From Kudoa neothunni (Eukaryota; Animalia; Cnidaria), in contig OZ199839.1 in NCBI GenBank assembly GCA_964304625.1, forward strand, positions 4,529,376-4,593,375: a stretch of DNA of 64,000 nt. Direction: 5' to 3'. The notes under the pieces are model-generated. The model had not been told where the DNA came from. It did not search any database and saw nothing but the letters and a program-made list of their open reading frames with translations. Numbering within the stretch: position 1 is the first letter of the stretch; every line of letters starts with the position of its first letter. A program made the translations under genes and the position numbers. Positions 13,131-26,100 of this stretch are shown piece by piece.

Positions 13131-13563
13131 GTTATAATCTATCTGCAGTTCACTACCAAATTACGTACGATTGATTCACACGTGATTTTATTATTCTCAA
13201 TTTACTGGTAATAATTTTCATGAAAATGAATTATGAAAGAATCATGTTATAATTTAATAATTAATTATTCGAGTCATTTATAATAAAAAAATCTCTAATA
13301 TATACAATAAAAAGTTACCTAGGTGTAGTTCATTATCGTACAATGAAAATTGCACTTGAGGTAATTAAATATTTAGAGGTCAATAGGCACTTCATTAAAT
13401 CAACGGCTTAAAGTAAATTAATTTTATACAATTATAATAAGCATCAAGACATTATTTTGTAAAAATTCCATATTCTCAACGAAAAAAGGCCGAATTTTTA
13501 AATTTCAATTTAAGAAACCAATAAAACAGTTAAAATACACGTCTATAAAGTCATTTTCAATAT

Positions 13564-16397
13564 TTAATTGTATGATCCAACAGCTAGAAGCACACCTTTG
13601 TGATGATAGTACAGATCCACAATGGAGGTGGATTTGGTATTATACGATTCCAACAAATATTTTGCATGACTAAAGCGTATCAAATATAATCAACACAAAA
13701 ATAATTATAGAGGAGATTACTCGGAAGAGTAAGCACTCAAATTAACAGACTCAGCATGCAGTTTCTGATGGGTTTCACGTTGAAATTCCGCATTACTCAA
13801 AAATTTCCCCCCAGTCACAGTTCCAGTTGTTAGCGCTAATGCTTTGAAATCAAATTTATTAATAGCGCCATTTATATCAGCTAAAAAATGGTTATAATGG
13901 TCATTTTTGGCGAATCAATAATCTACCAGAGTACAAATACGCACTGTCATGGCTTTGGTACAACGAAGTTCCTATAGAAGTATGGAAAGAGCTGAATTCG
14001 GACATAATCTTGGAAGAGCAAACATCGTACACCCTTAAACAGCCACTTTGGTCTAAAAACGATCATTTTATAATCGAAGATGAATAAAAAATATTAAAGA
14101 AGGATATTTACGGAATATAATAAGGTACTGGCCATCATTGGAAAATTTCAATTTACTGATTGGACTCTATTTAACGTTAGTATCCAAATAAAGAGATTAA
14201 AATAACATTTGATCCTGGAAGCAACCTAATGCAATTACCAGACACGACATCCCAAATACGTACTGTTCGATCGTATGATCCAGTAGCAATATAGCTACAG
14301 TTTGGATGATAGCAAACACACTAGAACAACAAAACAAATAACAACAACGGCACAACAGAAACTATCTACAGAAACATCTGAACTATGGCCAGAGAATATT
14401 CGCACGCATTTTATGCGATCAGTAGTCCATAGTCGCGCTGTTTGATCACTGCTAGCGGTTGCAAAGTAATAACCTTTGGGTCTACAAATAATTTAGTTGT
14501 GATGAGACACGTTACGAGGACAAATTGGTGAGAATTACGCTATATCCACATCCCAAATGGCTTTACAGTGCCCTCTGTAGGTGCTAATGTTGGTGTTCAG
14601 ATAAAGATCCCAAAGTCGAGCTAAAACACAACGTAGAAGTTAGCGTCTTGAAAAAAACTATTGACCTGTTCGGTCTTGGGAAACAGAGATAAAAAACTTG
14701 TTGTAAGGATCGAAGGCAAGAGATTGAACATGATCCGAATGACCAACATAGGTGTGAGTTTGTTTCTTGGTATCTCCATCGATAATTCGTTCATAAACAT
14801 CTCCCATATTTCTATCGATCCGTTGCAAGTCTTTGCCTTGTTTCATTTGCTTCATGTATTGGTTGGTCACAGAGAAAACTTTGATCGTGGAATTATGAAG
14901 ACCGATAGCCATCAGTGATGCATCAAGATTGAATTTTGAGCACATAAGCCCACCACAGGTATTTAAGATGGTGTACAAACATATGGAGGTTTTAGATGAA
15001 GAAGCACCTTGTCGAATGGATTGATGAATGGAGGATTTCAAATCACGAATATAGTTCAGCAAATATTGCTGCTCTTCAGAAAATCTAGTAAGTAACATGG
15101 ATTCATTTATATGTATTTTGAAGAAAGAATACCTAGTCGGAAATACAATTTTAGTCAGTGACGGGGTGAGATTGGTCTGTTGTTTTTTATCCCAAGCTAA
15201 TAGTTTAGTTACGCCAGAAATCACATATTTATTTATATGAATTAAAGAGTATTACACTTCGATAAAGTAGTTCCGTTCATAACTTTTAGAACCGAATAAG
15301 TCGAGTAATAATTGTAGGTGTCCGTTTCGCTCACATTGTATTTGAATGTTTTATTAAATTCTATGCGAAAGATACCAACAAAAATAGAATAAATCTGCGA
15401 AATTTAAAAATACTGGGATCGAGTTTTGGCTCGCCAAGCAAAGATCCTTTAAGAGAATTGATAGTGTGGGCGGATCTGGTGTTGGTAACAGCTAGACAAT
15501 AAACAAATAAAACAATCCATCATCATTATTCAAACACATACGATCGATGTTAATATGCTGTTGTATTAGATCCACAAAAAATTCTAATTTCTCAGCCTAA
15601 ATTCGCCGTAAATACCGAATTCAAGGTTTCGAAAAATAAACTTCCAGAATTTGCTTTAACATTCGATTCGATGACTTTGATAACACTACAGTGAACTTTT
15701 CATTGTGAATCGCTTCCACATATGATGATCGTAATAAATATTCTGACTGTCGTATTCCATACAAGTGAACCATGTCGTCATAGTAACGCTGGTCTTGCTG
15801 AGCGCAAAATTTTTCGAAAAATTCGGAAGCTACAGAAATTATATAAGAACTTGATAGAGGAATGTAAAAAAACATGATACCCAATTGCAAATTATTAGAA
15901 AATATCAAAAACAAGTAACAATGAACAAATATTGGGAACAGTAATTGGTTAAGTTCATTCTAATAGGGAAATTGCATGATACAGCTTTTAAATATATCAT
16001 AATTACACGGATATCTTCATTGCACTTATCAATACAACAAGTTAATCTATAAAAATAATTAATCGTAAAGATATTGTTACCAAGGTGTACTGTTCATGCA
16101 TGGAAATTATGTCATGAAAGTTTTTCGCATTTCTATACATATATAATCAATAAATATGAATATAATTAAAAATACGTCTCAATATGTATGGATTCTTTTA
16201 TTGTATCATAAGAAACTAACGTATTATCATTCTCTAATTGCTCTCGATTTGTCACTCCCGCTTCTGAAATTAAAGCATCAATGGTAGCCTATTGAAATTA
16301 TATTTAAAGATTATTTTGAAAAAATTCAAACATTAAAGTTCTTCTTTTTCAGAAACATAATCACAGAACGCATAGTATCATCATCAGCAGCCTCCAT
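13564..16397 (-). CDS. TAF5: Transcription initiation factor TFIID subunit 5 (about 18 exons)
   Basis: Manual splicing gives MEAADDDTMRSVIMFLKKKNFN/ATIDALISEA (LisH) and NELNQLLFPIFVHCYLFLI (NTD2). WD40 repeats follow (GHSDHVQSLAFDP...SQDRTARLWD, YRGHCKAIWDVD, HPNCSYIATGSYDRTVRIWDV). The C-terminus LLESYNTKSTSIVDLYY...VLLAVGSYN* matches the TAF5 end. About 17 GT-AG introns. Confidence 0.93.
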
Positions 16398-16899
16398 TGT
16401 CCGTCCTCCCTGCGCTTGCGTGACAAAACGGCTTGTAAGTGGTTGTTAAGCATTTTTCATTGTTTTTGTAAGTATGAGATACGGATCTAAATATTTTCAT
16501 CAATCTTTCCGGTATAATAATGCGCGTTGAAGATGTTTTTGCATAAAAATCAAAAAATTGTCTGAAATTTGGTAATTTGATTAAGGTGTACATGCATTAA
16601 TATGTAACCTATATGAGCATTTACGTAAATTTAATAAATTATTACGAACTTTCAGCCAATTGCCTATTTTTAAAAAATTTAAAAGATTTGATAAAACAAA
16701 TTATTTGGGTGAAGAATACCAAAGCTGGTAGCCCTTCGATAATTTTTCAATCACTAATATTGTCAGTTTAATCTATGGAATATGCCTTCATAAATTATTC
16801 AAACTATTTCTCTAACTTTAAAATATGCTGAAAAGTGCTGAACTTTGATACAAACTGCTAAGTCTGATTTAAGATAAACAATATTTTATAAAAATAAAA

Positions 16900-17700
16900 C
16901 AAAGCTGGTCTAATCGAGTCTTTAATGTATTTTTTAGTGGGGGCATAAAACCGCACAATAAATCAAGCTAATTTTTTATTCTCCAATGAAATTCATCAAT
17001 TGACTCATTTATCTGATCAATATTGACAGAACCATCATCATTAACTGACGATGCTTTGTCTTCTGGAGATAATTTGTATTTGATGGTTCCCCAAGTTCCT
17101 TCTACAATAGTTGTAGGAGCCTCTGTGATGTTTTTCACGTATTCAATGCTGCGTTTACATTGAGATGAATGTAAAGTTGTTGAGAGTGCCATAACTTTTT
17201 AAACAATCAGTAATAAAGATAGACCCAGGTTTAACATATGTTTTAATTATTTTATCGAAATCTCAGCCATTTTATTTGGAATTTCTACAAAAAAAAATTG
17301 TTCTTTCGCTCGTTCTTTCCACATAACCAATGCTCCTTTAAAACCGCAGCCGGAACAATATGGCATAATGGTGTTAGGTCGAGATCTCATATCATGAGGT
17401 TGAGAGTTCGAAGCCTAGTCCGAGTGTTCCTGTACTTCTAATTCGAAATTTTGACTCCTTAATCTCTAATATCGTATTTTCCTGCCAATAATGACGTCCT
17501 CGAAGTCCAGTCTATCAGTTACCGTTTAACAAAGCCAGCATTAATAATTAGCGATAGATTGAGAAGAATGTCCAATGGTTGTGGTTAAATTAACACTTTT
17601 CGCACCCATCAGCCAATAATATGCTAACTCCGTTAAATTATCAATCTCAATTTCCATATTTTTGAAAAATATATTAATCCCTATTTAAGAAAAATTGAGT
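16900..17700 (-). mobile_element. Merlin transposase pseudogene
   Basis: Fragments LEIKESKF, FFVEIPNK, IIKTYVKPGSIF, TTIVEGTWGTIK, SIDEFHWR. Many frameshifts. Confidence 0.7.
17352..17430 (+). other. Degenerate tRNA-like (possible SINE head) insertion
   Basis: A-box TGGCATAATGG, CTCATA loop and B-box GTTCGAAGCC at tRNA-like spacing, bounded by GGAACA...TGTTCC. The stems do not pair as a functional tRNA. Confidence 0.35.
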
Positions 17701-17936
17701 CTAAAATATGCCTAATCCCTGAAAGTCTATAATCAGAACTTGCAATTTTCACCGTTTATTATGAGTGTCGGTTTTAATCATTTTTTGATTTTGTTCGGAC
17801 ATTACCTTTATCTTCAGAATTATCCAGCTTATCTGAAAATTTCAGAAATTGACTAAGACTATGTAACAATACCACACGTACATTAAACAGGAGAGCGGCG
17901 ATTCTGATAAACCACTAACATATATATGTGTATATA

Positions 17937-19817
17937 CAGTCGGGATTGGATACTGCGTGACTGGATGTTGCGTAATTCCAAAATTTCAAAGTTATTCTTT
18001 TTAGAGAGAAAACTAATTTTTTGCATTGTTATTATTTTATCATTTCGTAAACATCGTTAACATTAAAAATAAGAAAATTTATTACCTATATATAGTCTCG
18101 TTATTTCGTGGTTTTAGTAACCCATCTATTTAAAAATAGAAGTGTTTTCTCCATTATTTCCCGTTAAAAACGTAATAATTAAGAGAAGAGAGAAATCTTT
18201 GATTATTGTAATTCGATAAAAATATTGACAGTTGTGAGAAAATAACAATTTCTAAGTTTGAGTTGAATGATGTGATGATCTATTTTGAATATTAATACAT
18301 TGTCACGTTTAAGGTCATTTAAAAATTGATAGAATTTGTTCACACGAAGATAGATTCAACATTATGGATATTGAAACTAAAAGGAGGGCACATTTTTCGG
18401 GAAATTAAAAATATAGATGTGAGCAGTATGATTGGGATGGTTAAACAATGATCGAATGATAATGTTCTGCTGAGATGTGTTTTTATCGAAATTGCTTTAT
18501 ATATTGCAAATAAATAAGAAATTTCCAATTTAAAGTCTAGTTAAGGGTGTTTTTCAGATTCCACGTCAAAATATGGGATAGCTTTCAAAATGTTTCATGG
18601 TGAGCCTGCGAATACAGATATTTCGTCTATTGACTCATGGGTTGTTGAAAGCATTGATTTGGTTAAAGCATATGGTACTAAAGACGTTATAAACATTGAT
18701 GAAACTTCCCTTCCTTTGTGAGCAGTTACAAAACGTTAGTTATGTCTTAAAGAATGAAGTCGGAATATACGGGACAAAATATCAAAATCCTGGGTGTTTT
18801 AACTGATTTAAACATCTATAGCGTGAATATTATTCAAAAACACACAGATGATGTGTAGTAGATTTATAAACATAATTAGAAAGTTGAACCAAAGAATGAT
18901 AGATGAGAACAGAAAAGTTTTAATTTTGTTGGTCAATATCCTCTGGATCCCCAAAATATTGATTTTGTTTAAATATCGAAATTGTTTTCCTATCAATAAA
19001 AAACAAATAATATTCTACAAACCATAATTTAAGCATCATCAAATGCATTAAAAAGTAAGGCAGAAATACACTGGCTAAGCACACGGTTTATGTGAAGCTT
19101 TATCATCGAAAAATAAACATTATTAAACTTTGGAGGAGTATTACGCCAGAAATTGTATTTAATTGTTTTAAAAATCAAAAATTCTTGGTGTATAATATAT
19201 AAAAATGTAATAACAAAATTGAATCATTTTATAGAACAAGAAGAGTTAAGAAATATATCCCGAGCCAGAAACAGTTCACAAAGTAATATTTTATTAATAC
19301 ATAATTAATCGTATTAAAATTAATTTGAAGTTCACGAAAATATATTTGACGATGATAATGCTGCAACATGTGAGAATCAAAATCATGCGGATATATTGCC
19401 CACAATGGTTAATCTGATGACATCGAACCAATTATTAAAGAAGTCAAAAGTTTAACAAAATAAATAAAAAATATGGTTAACATTTTAATGAAAGTTTTAA
19501 TTCAAGAGGATCCATCAATATTGTTTGATTAATATCCCACAACGGACAGAATTTGAAAAATATCAATAGAAAGATTTCGACATACAAAAATCACAAGATT
19601 TTTTGACAAAATTTAATAACTCATCCTTAATTAAACTCTATGTTATCATTGTTTTTAATAAAGTTTGTTTGTAGGAATAATCATCAAACGTAAGCACAAG
19701 AAAAATCGTATTTTACAGTATGATGCACACGCGTGAAACTGGATATTGCGTAAAAAACTTTTTATTGCATGGTTTTTTTCTGGTCCCAAAAACCCACGCA
19801 ACATCCAATCTCGACTG
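17937..19817 (+). mobile_element. Tigger/pogo element, complete ends, decayed transposase
   Basis: TA|CAGTCGGGATTGGAT...ATCCAATCTCGACTG|TA. Remnants GWD.FK, NIDETSL, RKVLILLVN. Confidence 0.85.
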
Positions 19818-19949
19818 TATATAAAATCCTTTGCCTATTAGTGTGTCTGTATCCACAAGTGAGCATGTGCTATTGAGAAACTTTTTTTAAATACAGCTTT
19901 TAATTCGCATTTGAATAGATGATAACATTAATAAAAATCGTTCACTTAC

Positions 19950-21214
19950 TTTTAAGTATAAATATAATCAATACCGCAGTCAGAAGTATGGAATTTTCTG
20001 GTTGTTTACATCAATTACCAGATTAAAAAGTATCTGAATAATATTGATGTTTGCTTACTTCAGAGTGATACTCAATTAGAATGAACTTTCACTCACCATA
20101 TATAAAGAAAATCTGCTGATCATGGTGTATAATGTTTAAAAAATGTTATATACGCCTGTTCGGAGTACTTTTAAGACAAATAAAATTATTAACGTCACAT
20201 TTACAAGAGTTGTCACATTTCCCCTAAAATTTGAAGCGTAACCAAATTATTTACGATGTATTCCCGTTTTTCAAGTGTCATGGATATAGTTAAGCGAAAA
20301 TATTGTGATCATTTTAAATAAAACACATAATTTGAGATTACAAGTTGTTGCCACGTTGGAATAATTTGGGTCTCTATACGCATTCTAAAAACGATGTGAG
20401 ATGTGTGTAGTGTTTTCAAATAATTAAATTTTTGTGATAATTTCTTAAATGGAAGTTATGTTCCATTGGAATTCCTGAGATGTGAAAATTTCTTTTTATC
20501 AAATATATCGATTGAGATTGAAATTATATTCGTCTTTTCGATAAGTTTTTACTCATTGTTTGGTTTTCTTAAACTTTCTTTCGAAACAACTGAAATAACT
20601 AATTCGATAAGTTTCTATATTTTATGAGATAATTTTTTAAATAATACTTAAGTTCTTAGTAACCTAATTATTCCTTACCTCCAGACCTTAAGGTTAATAT
20701 TCAAATCAATATCTAATTTTTTTCGTTAAAAATAATTCATTATGATATAAAAGCTGCATTAAAATATGCGACACCTCATTCTATACGTGGTTTAAGAGTT
20801 TATATTCACGATTACTTTTGCTCAAAATACAGTCCACTCTCAATACATGCCATGTAAGTTAATAAGAAATTATTGGTCCAGTCAATCACACCGATATTTT
20901 TACAAAGTTTTCGTTAATTTAAGAATAGTTCGTTCAATAAAAATAATTTTATGGAGGAAATCAAACAGTACGTTTGTTTTTAAAAGGGTGAACTCCTTTG
21001 AGAAAACCAGCTGATATTTAAGCTTTACTGTAACTTTTCAAACCGAAAACACCTTTACATTTTGGATTCAATCGTATTTTATTTATTAAATTTGTATATT
21101 TTTGAACCAGTAAGTATTTTTGTCAAAAAGAAAGGTTTTATTTATTTAGGAATCGGGAAATTATATTAAAATAGCGAATACGTAAGTTACCGCTCAGAGC
21201 TTTTTAAAACATCA
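19950..21214. repeat. Dispersed duplicated segment, copy 2
   Basis: Colinear with 480-1600, carrying ~120-bp and ~50-bp extra blocks. Its right side is cut by the piggyBac at TTAA 21215-21218. Confidence 0.9.
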
Positions 21215-21218
21215 TTAA

Positions 21219-23113
21219 CCCTTAAACACTAACCCTGGGCTCCTGGAGCCCAGGGATTAACTTACGTCAAACGCAGTATTATAATTTAATCTTAAATTAA
21301 CTCTTCTACTATTAACAGGTCACATTATATGATATATAAACAAAAATAGAATAGTTAAAGGTAGCATGATAAACTTTAGTATTATGCATAACAAAAAAAC
21401 TTAGCAGGAATTATTATATTGTTTCCTATTATTAGGATGTATTTATTCGTTGTCGGCTTTAATTTATTTGTATGTTAATCAACATTCCTATTAAGTTAGT
21501 TAGCAAAATTAATAATTATTTATTTTAAATTCACTTCCACCATATGTTCCAACCATTATAAATATTGACGTAACATTCAATAAGAAATCGTAGACAAGAA
21601 ATATGTTTTAATTATTTTTGTTGAGTCACAGTTTAAACAAATAATGTTTTTCTTTGAATGTTCATTACAAACACTTCGATCACATAAGTGACAGACTTGC
21701 TTGCTTCGAGGTGCGATACTGGTAGGACACAAACAGCATCGCTTCCTTTGGTTATTTTATTGGTTTTCCACTGGAGGATCACTTTCTTTGTTAAATTCGA
21801 AACCAACTATTTCCATTGTTCTTTTAACAGCAGGATGGTTAGAAACAAATGCAATTTTATATCTTCTTTCCTGCTCGGGCTTAATTAATGGCATGGACAA
21901 ATCCATGAGAAATTGTTGGCGACGATTTGACTTGTTTGTGTCATATAATGGAGATTGCCATGAATAAATACAACAAATGCATTGAACGCAGCTATATCAA
22001 GTATTTGACAAAATACTGCGAACGGCCACCGTCTACATTTTCTTTTACATGTGTAAATGGAAATACATTGATCCAAAGTGTCAACGCCACATTTCTGTAC
22101 ATTATAATCCAAGATTGCTTTTGGTTTACGATGGTACGCTGAACTAATACTTGGAGTACGATGCTCCGAAGAACGAATTATTACAGCCTTGTTTTCCCTT
22201 GGTACATAAGAAATTAGGGTAAATGACCTATAGAAACCAAATAAGGATGAAAATATCTTCAGAGAGTTATTTGGTTGAAATTCGGGTGGAATAAATGTTC
22301 GACATTTGCGTACCGTACCAAGAATGGACGTTTTTCTTTTTCGTAGATATAGAGCTAGCTTCCAGGAAGTGAAATAATTATCACATGTAATAGTTCTTCG
22401 TGAGTCCAACAAATGTTGAGTCAAATCAATTACAACTTTAAAGCTTAGATTTGTTTCACGGCACTCATCAATTCTATCCAAGTAAGGTAAAACGTTGGAT
22501 ACATAACGTGTTCGACTATCACATACGACCCAAAATTTTAGCCCATATTTGGATGGTTTTTTTGGCATGTAAACAAGAAATGATACGCGCCCTCGGAACG
22601 GACATAGTTGTTCATCTACGGTCAAGTTAGGTCCAGGGATATAACTATTCCTACAAATTTCCGAAAAATTTCTAAACAGGTTACTGATGGGGACAATTTA
22701 TCAGCTGAATTTGGGAACTTTTTATGTTTCCAATATTAATCAAAGCGCAAGCAATTGAAGATTTTTTGAAATCTCATTTCACTTATAATGGCGCGAAATA
22801 ATGGTTTTCCGTGAATTTCATGTCACAGAATTCAGGTACACTCTAGGTTTGATTTATAGGCACCAACCAATAACAGCAATCCTAAGAAAGCTTTTAATTC
22901 GATGCAATCTAGGCGTTTCCATGAATCATTATATTTTTCAAAACCTTTACGGTTTGTGAACAATAAAATTTCTTCGAGCATCTCGTCTCTTATAATATGT
23001 GAAAATGAGCTCGATATGGTTGTTGTGTCCAATGTTTCAATAGGTTTTCCTTCCTCTAGGTCATTATTGATAATATTTTGATTGGCAGTTTGCCCAGGGT
23101 TAGAGTTTAAGGG
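21219..23113 (-). mobile_element. piggyBac (PGBD4-like) element with internal 5' deletion
   Basis: TTAA|CCCTTAAACACTAACCCTGGG ... CCCAGGGTTAGAGTTTAAGGG|TTAA. Transposase motifs TVDEQLCPFRGR, YMPKKPSKYGLK, TCDNYFTS, YNVQKCGVDTLDQ, RRWP. Confidence 0.95.
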
Positions 23114-23128
23114 TTAACGAAAACAAGG

Positions 23129-26100
23129 ATGGAGGCTGCGTGCACCAAGTGCGAAACCAATTCCAACGATGTCTCATTACAAGCTGGCTTCATCGGCCGC
23201 ATCGCTATAGGTAGAATTGAAGGAGACATATTATTTTACAAACAAGAAATCATCGATGGTGAAGAATGCTATGATAATATTTTATCGAAATACGATGAAT
23301 TGTATGATGCACTAAGTACTCATCTTGAATCAATAAATAGTGATATCACAAATGCTGCTCGTAGATATTATACGAATATTATTACAAAAATAGATCAGCT
23401 GGCCAAAAACTTCGACCTGCAAAGATACGACAGTATTATGAGCAAACAAAGAATTTTTAAGAGCAATCTTAATCAGTTGGAAAGTGTCTCCACCGCCGCC
23501 TTCAACACAGACGATGCCAACATTGTCTACGAGAATGCTAATAGAGTGTTGTCGTCATATACCGGGCACATTCCGCAGGATATGACCGACAAGCTCTCGA
23601 GTGCCTTGGGTGAACACATTACATTGATCAATAAATTTGAGCAATTAAAATCAACAGTTGCTGCACATGAAAAGGAAAAATCTGACGCCAAACTTGTACT
23701 AGATGATATTGATAAAAATGTGGGAGAAACCAAAGATTTTTTTGATGAGGCCAAAAACAAAGTTAATCAATTTAAGAACACGCTCACCATCGTTATTTCA
23801 ACCCCCATTACTTAGAGCCAATTAAATTATGTTGCTTCACAAGAATCAACACTTAAAAATGGTAATAATCAGCTGGAGCAAAAATATGGAAATGAATATA
23901 AAGACAGTGTTCAAACTATGGATAGATGACAAGCTGAATTGGAAAGATCACTCACAACCTTGAGTGAAAGTTTCAAAGCAGATAAGGAAGAATTTACAAA
24001 GATTGTTAGCGATTACTCTAGTTTAAAACAACGGATTGAAAATGTCAAAACAGTTGAGATCCCTGATGCAGTCAAACAGACCAATTCGAAATACCTTCGA
24101 GAAAAAACTGCTGTTATGGACCCTAATGCAACAATTTCGAATGTAAATGAAAAATTGGACAAAACAAAAATCGAATTATCCGACTCCAAAACAAAATATA
24201 TCTCTGAAAACTCGAAAATAACAAAATTACAAACCGAGGTGAGTGAACAAATTTCCTCCCTTTCTGAAAAAAATACCGAGTTTAATCAATTTGAAGCATC
24301 TGTAGCTAATTATGAGTCAAAATTCATGTAATCTCTGGCTCGACCTATTATCAATACCATAAAAAAATACAAATTTTCAACTGATGGAATGAATGAAATT
24401 ATGTCTATATCTAGCCAAATTAAACTAAAAACCGATGAGAACATTAGAACTATTGTTGAAAATCATGGAAAAATAGAAACAGAAACCTTGAAGCGAAATA
24501 GTCAAGCTATTTTAGACCAATATAATGACATATTAAGAGTGAAAAATATGTTGTCTGAACAAAAGGACATTCATCCAAATGATTTTCAAACTAAATTAAG
24601 TAAAGAAATAGAACAAATAAATTTGATCTTGGATGTTGATTCGATAGTTTCCAGCGAGGCTCAACTCAGTGAAACCATCGATACTATAGTAACTTCTTAT
24701 GGCCAATACGTTACTGAAAATCAGCAAGTAATATCCGCTTATGATGGATTTAAGAATTCTGCAGACGAATTCATTGGTTCAATCGATACTAAAATGGCGG
24801 ATGTCACAGCTAAAAATGATAAGCTTGAAAATATGGCCATGATCGTGAGAGGTAAAAGCTCTCAAATTGATTTTTTATGGGTGAAACAGACGAAAAAAGA
24901 AGCTACTTGATAATACTTCAAAAAACAAGCATGAATATTTTAGAAGCATTATTGATAAAGATAAACATGATTATAATGAAATGGAACAAAAAGTGGTATT
25001 AGAAAAAGCGAAATTAAGTGATAGCTTTGATGCCATCAAAAGTTTATACATTCGTAGACATAATATTAAAATTGAAGAGTATGAAAAAATTACTGATAAA
25101 ATTATCTGAATATGATAATTTTTCAAAACAATTAACAGAATTGAAGGAGAAATTCCCAATTAATTCTAATAATGTTATCAATCAACTAGAACAATACAAA
25201 AGTAAGGGAAGTGACGAATATGAAGCTGAAAAAAGTCTATTATCTTCTCTTAAAGAAACTATAAATGAATGCATTTTCAATCTTATCAAAAATGACAGAC
25301 ATGAGAATTATGAATCTTTTGTGGATGCATGTCATGAAGTTGAAACATTATTTGGGACTCAAAAGCAAAAGAACGATCAAGTGCTGGAGTCACTACAACG
25401 TGTCACCAGTGATATTTCAAAATTAAATCTTAATAATATTGATTACGATGAGGTTATAAAAAATATTGATGACATTAATCAAAAATCAACCCAAATGATT
25501 GAGGCTTACAAGACGGAAATAAAAAAACATTATATTAGAATGAACAAAGTAAAATTTGATGATACTGAAGTTCAGAGTATTTTAAACTCTTCTGAAGAGG
25601 AATATTCAGTAATAAACAGAATGACTTTAGAGACGTTAAGTAAACCAAACACCCAACATTATCAAGCTCTCAGTGCTTCAGTAACTGAAGAGATCTCCCT
25701 CTATAATGGCTAAAGGACAAATATCCGAAACTAGATTTCAATTCTGTGATTGCTAAGTTTTACAATTCGTTCCCGGATTCCATTAATGGGGTCGAAGAAA
25801 TCAAGAAACAAATTGATAATAAATTGAACTCGATAGATACTAATTTTGCACTAACAACCGATACCAAAAAGATCTTCGACTCGAATAAACTAGAAGCTAC
25901 TCGAATTAAAGACGAAATCAATACGTTATTTAACGATTATGCCAATCGATTAAATAACGTATGGGATCTTCCTGAAAATGATTGGAATAATCAACACCTC
26001 AGCATTAATAAGGGAAGAAAAGATAAACTTGATGAAATAAAAACCAAACTACTTCTGTTAAATGAAAAAAACAAACAAATAAGAAATAACAGCGAAAATG

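Noticed and set aside
14661-14918. Short antisense ORFs over TAF5, UBR7 and the transposases (e.g. 14661, 34226, 34733, 33647, 21927)
   Set aside because: Shadow frames opposite real coding exons, with no independent motif support.
16387-23139. TAF5 and the coiled-coil ORF both begin ATGGAGGCTGC (MEAA)
   Set aside because: The 11-bp match does not extend and is compatible with chance.
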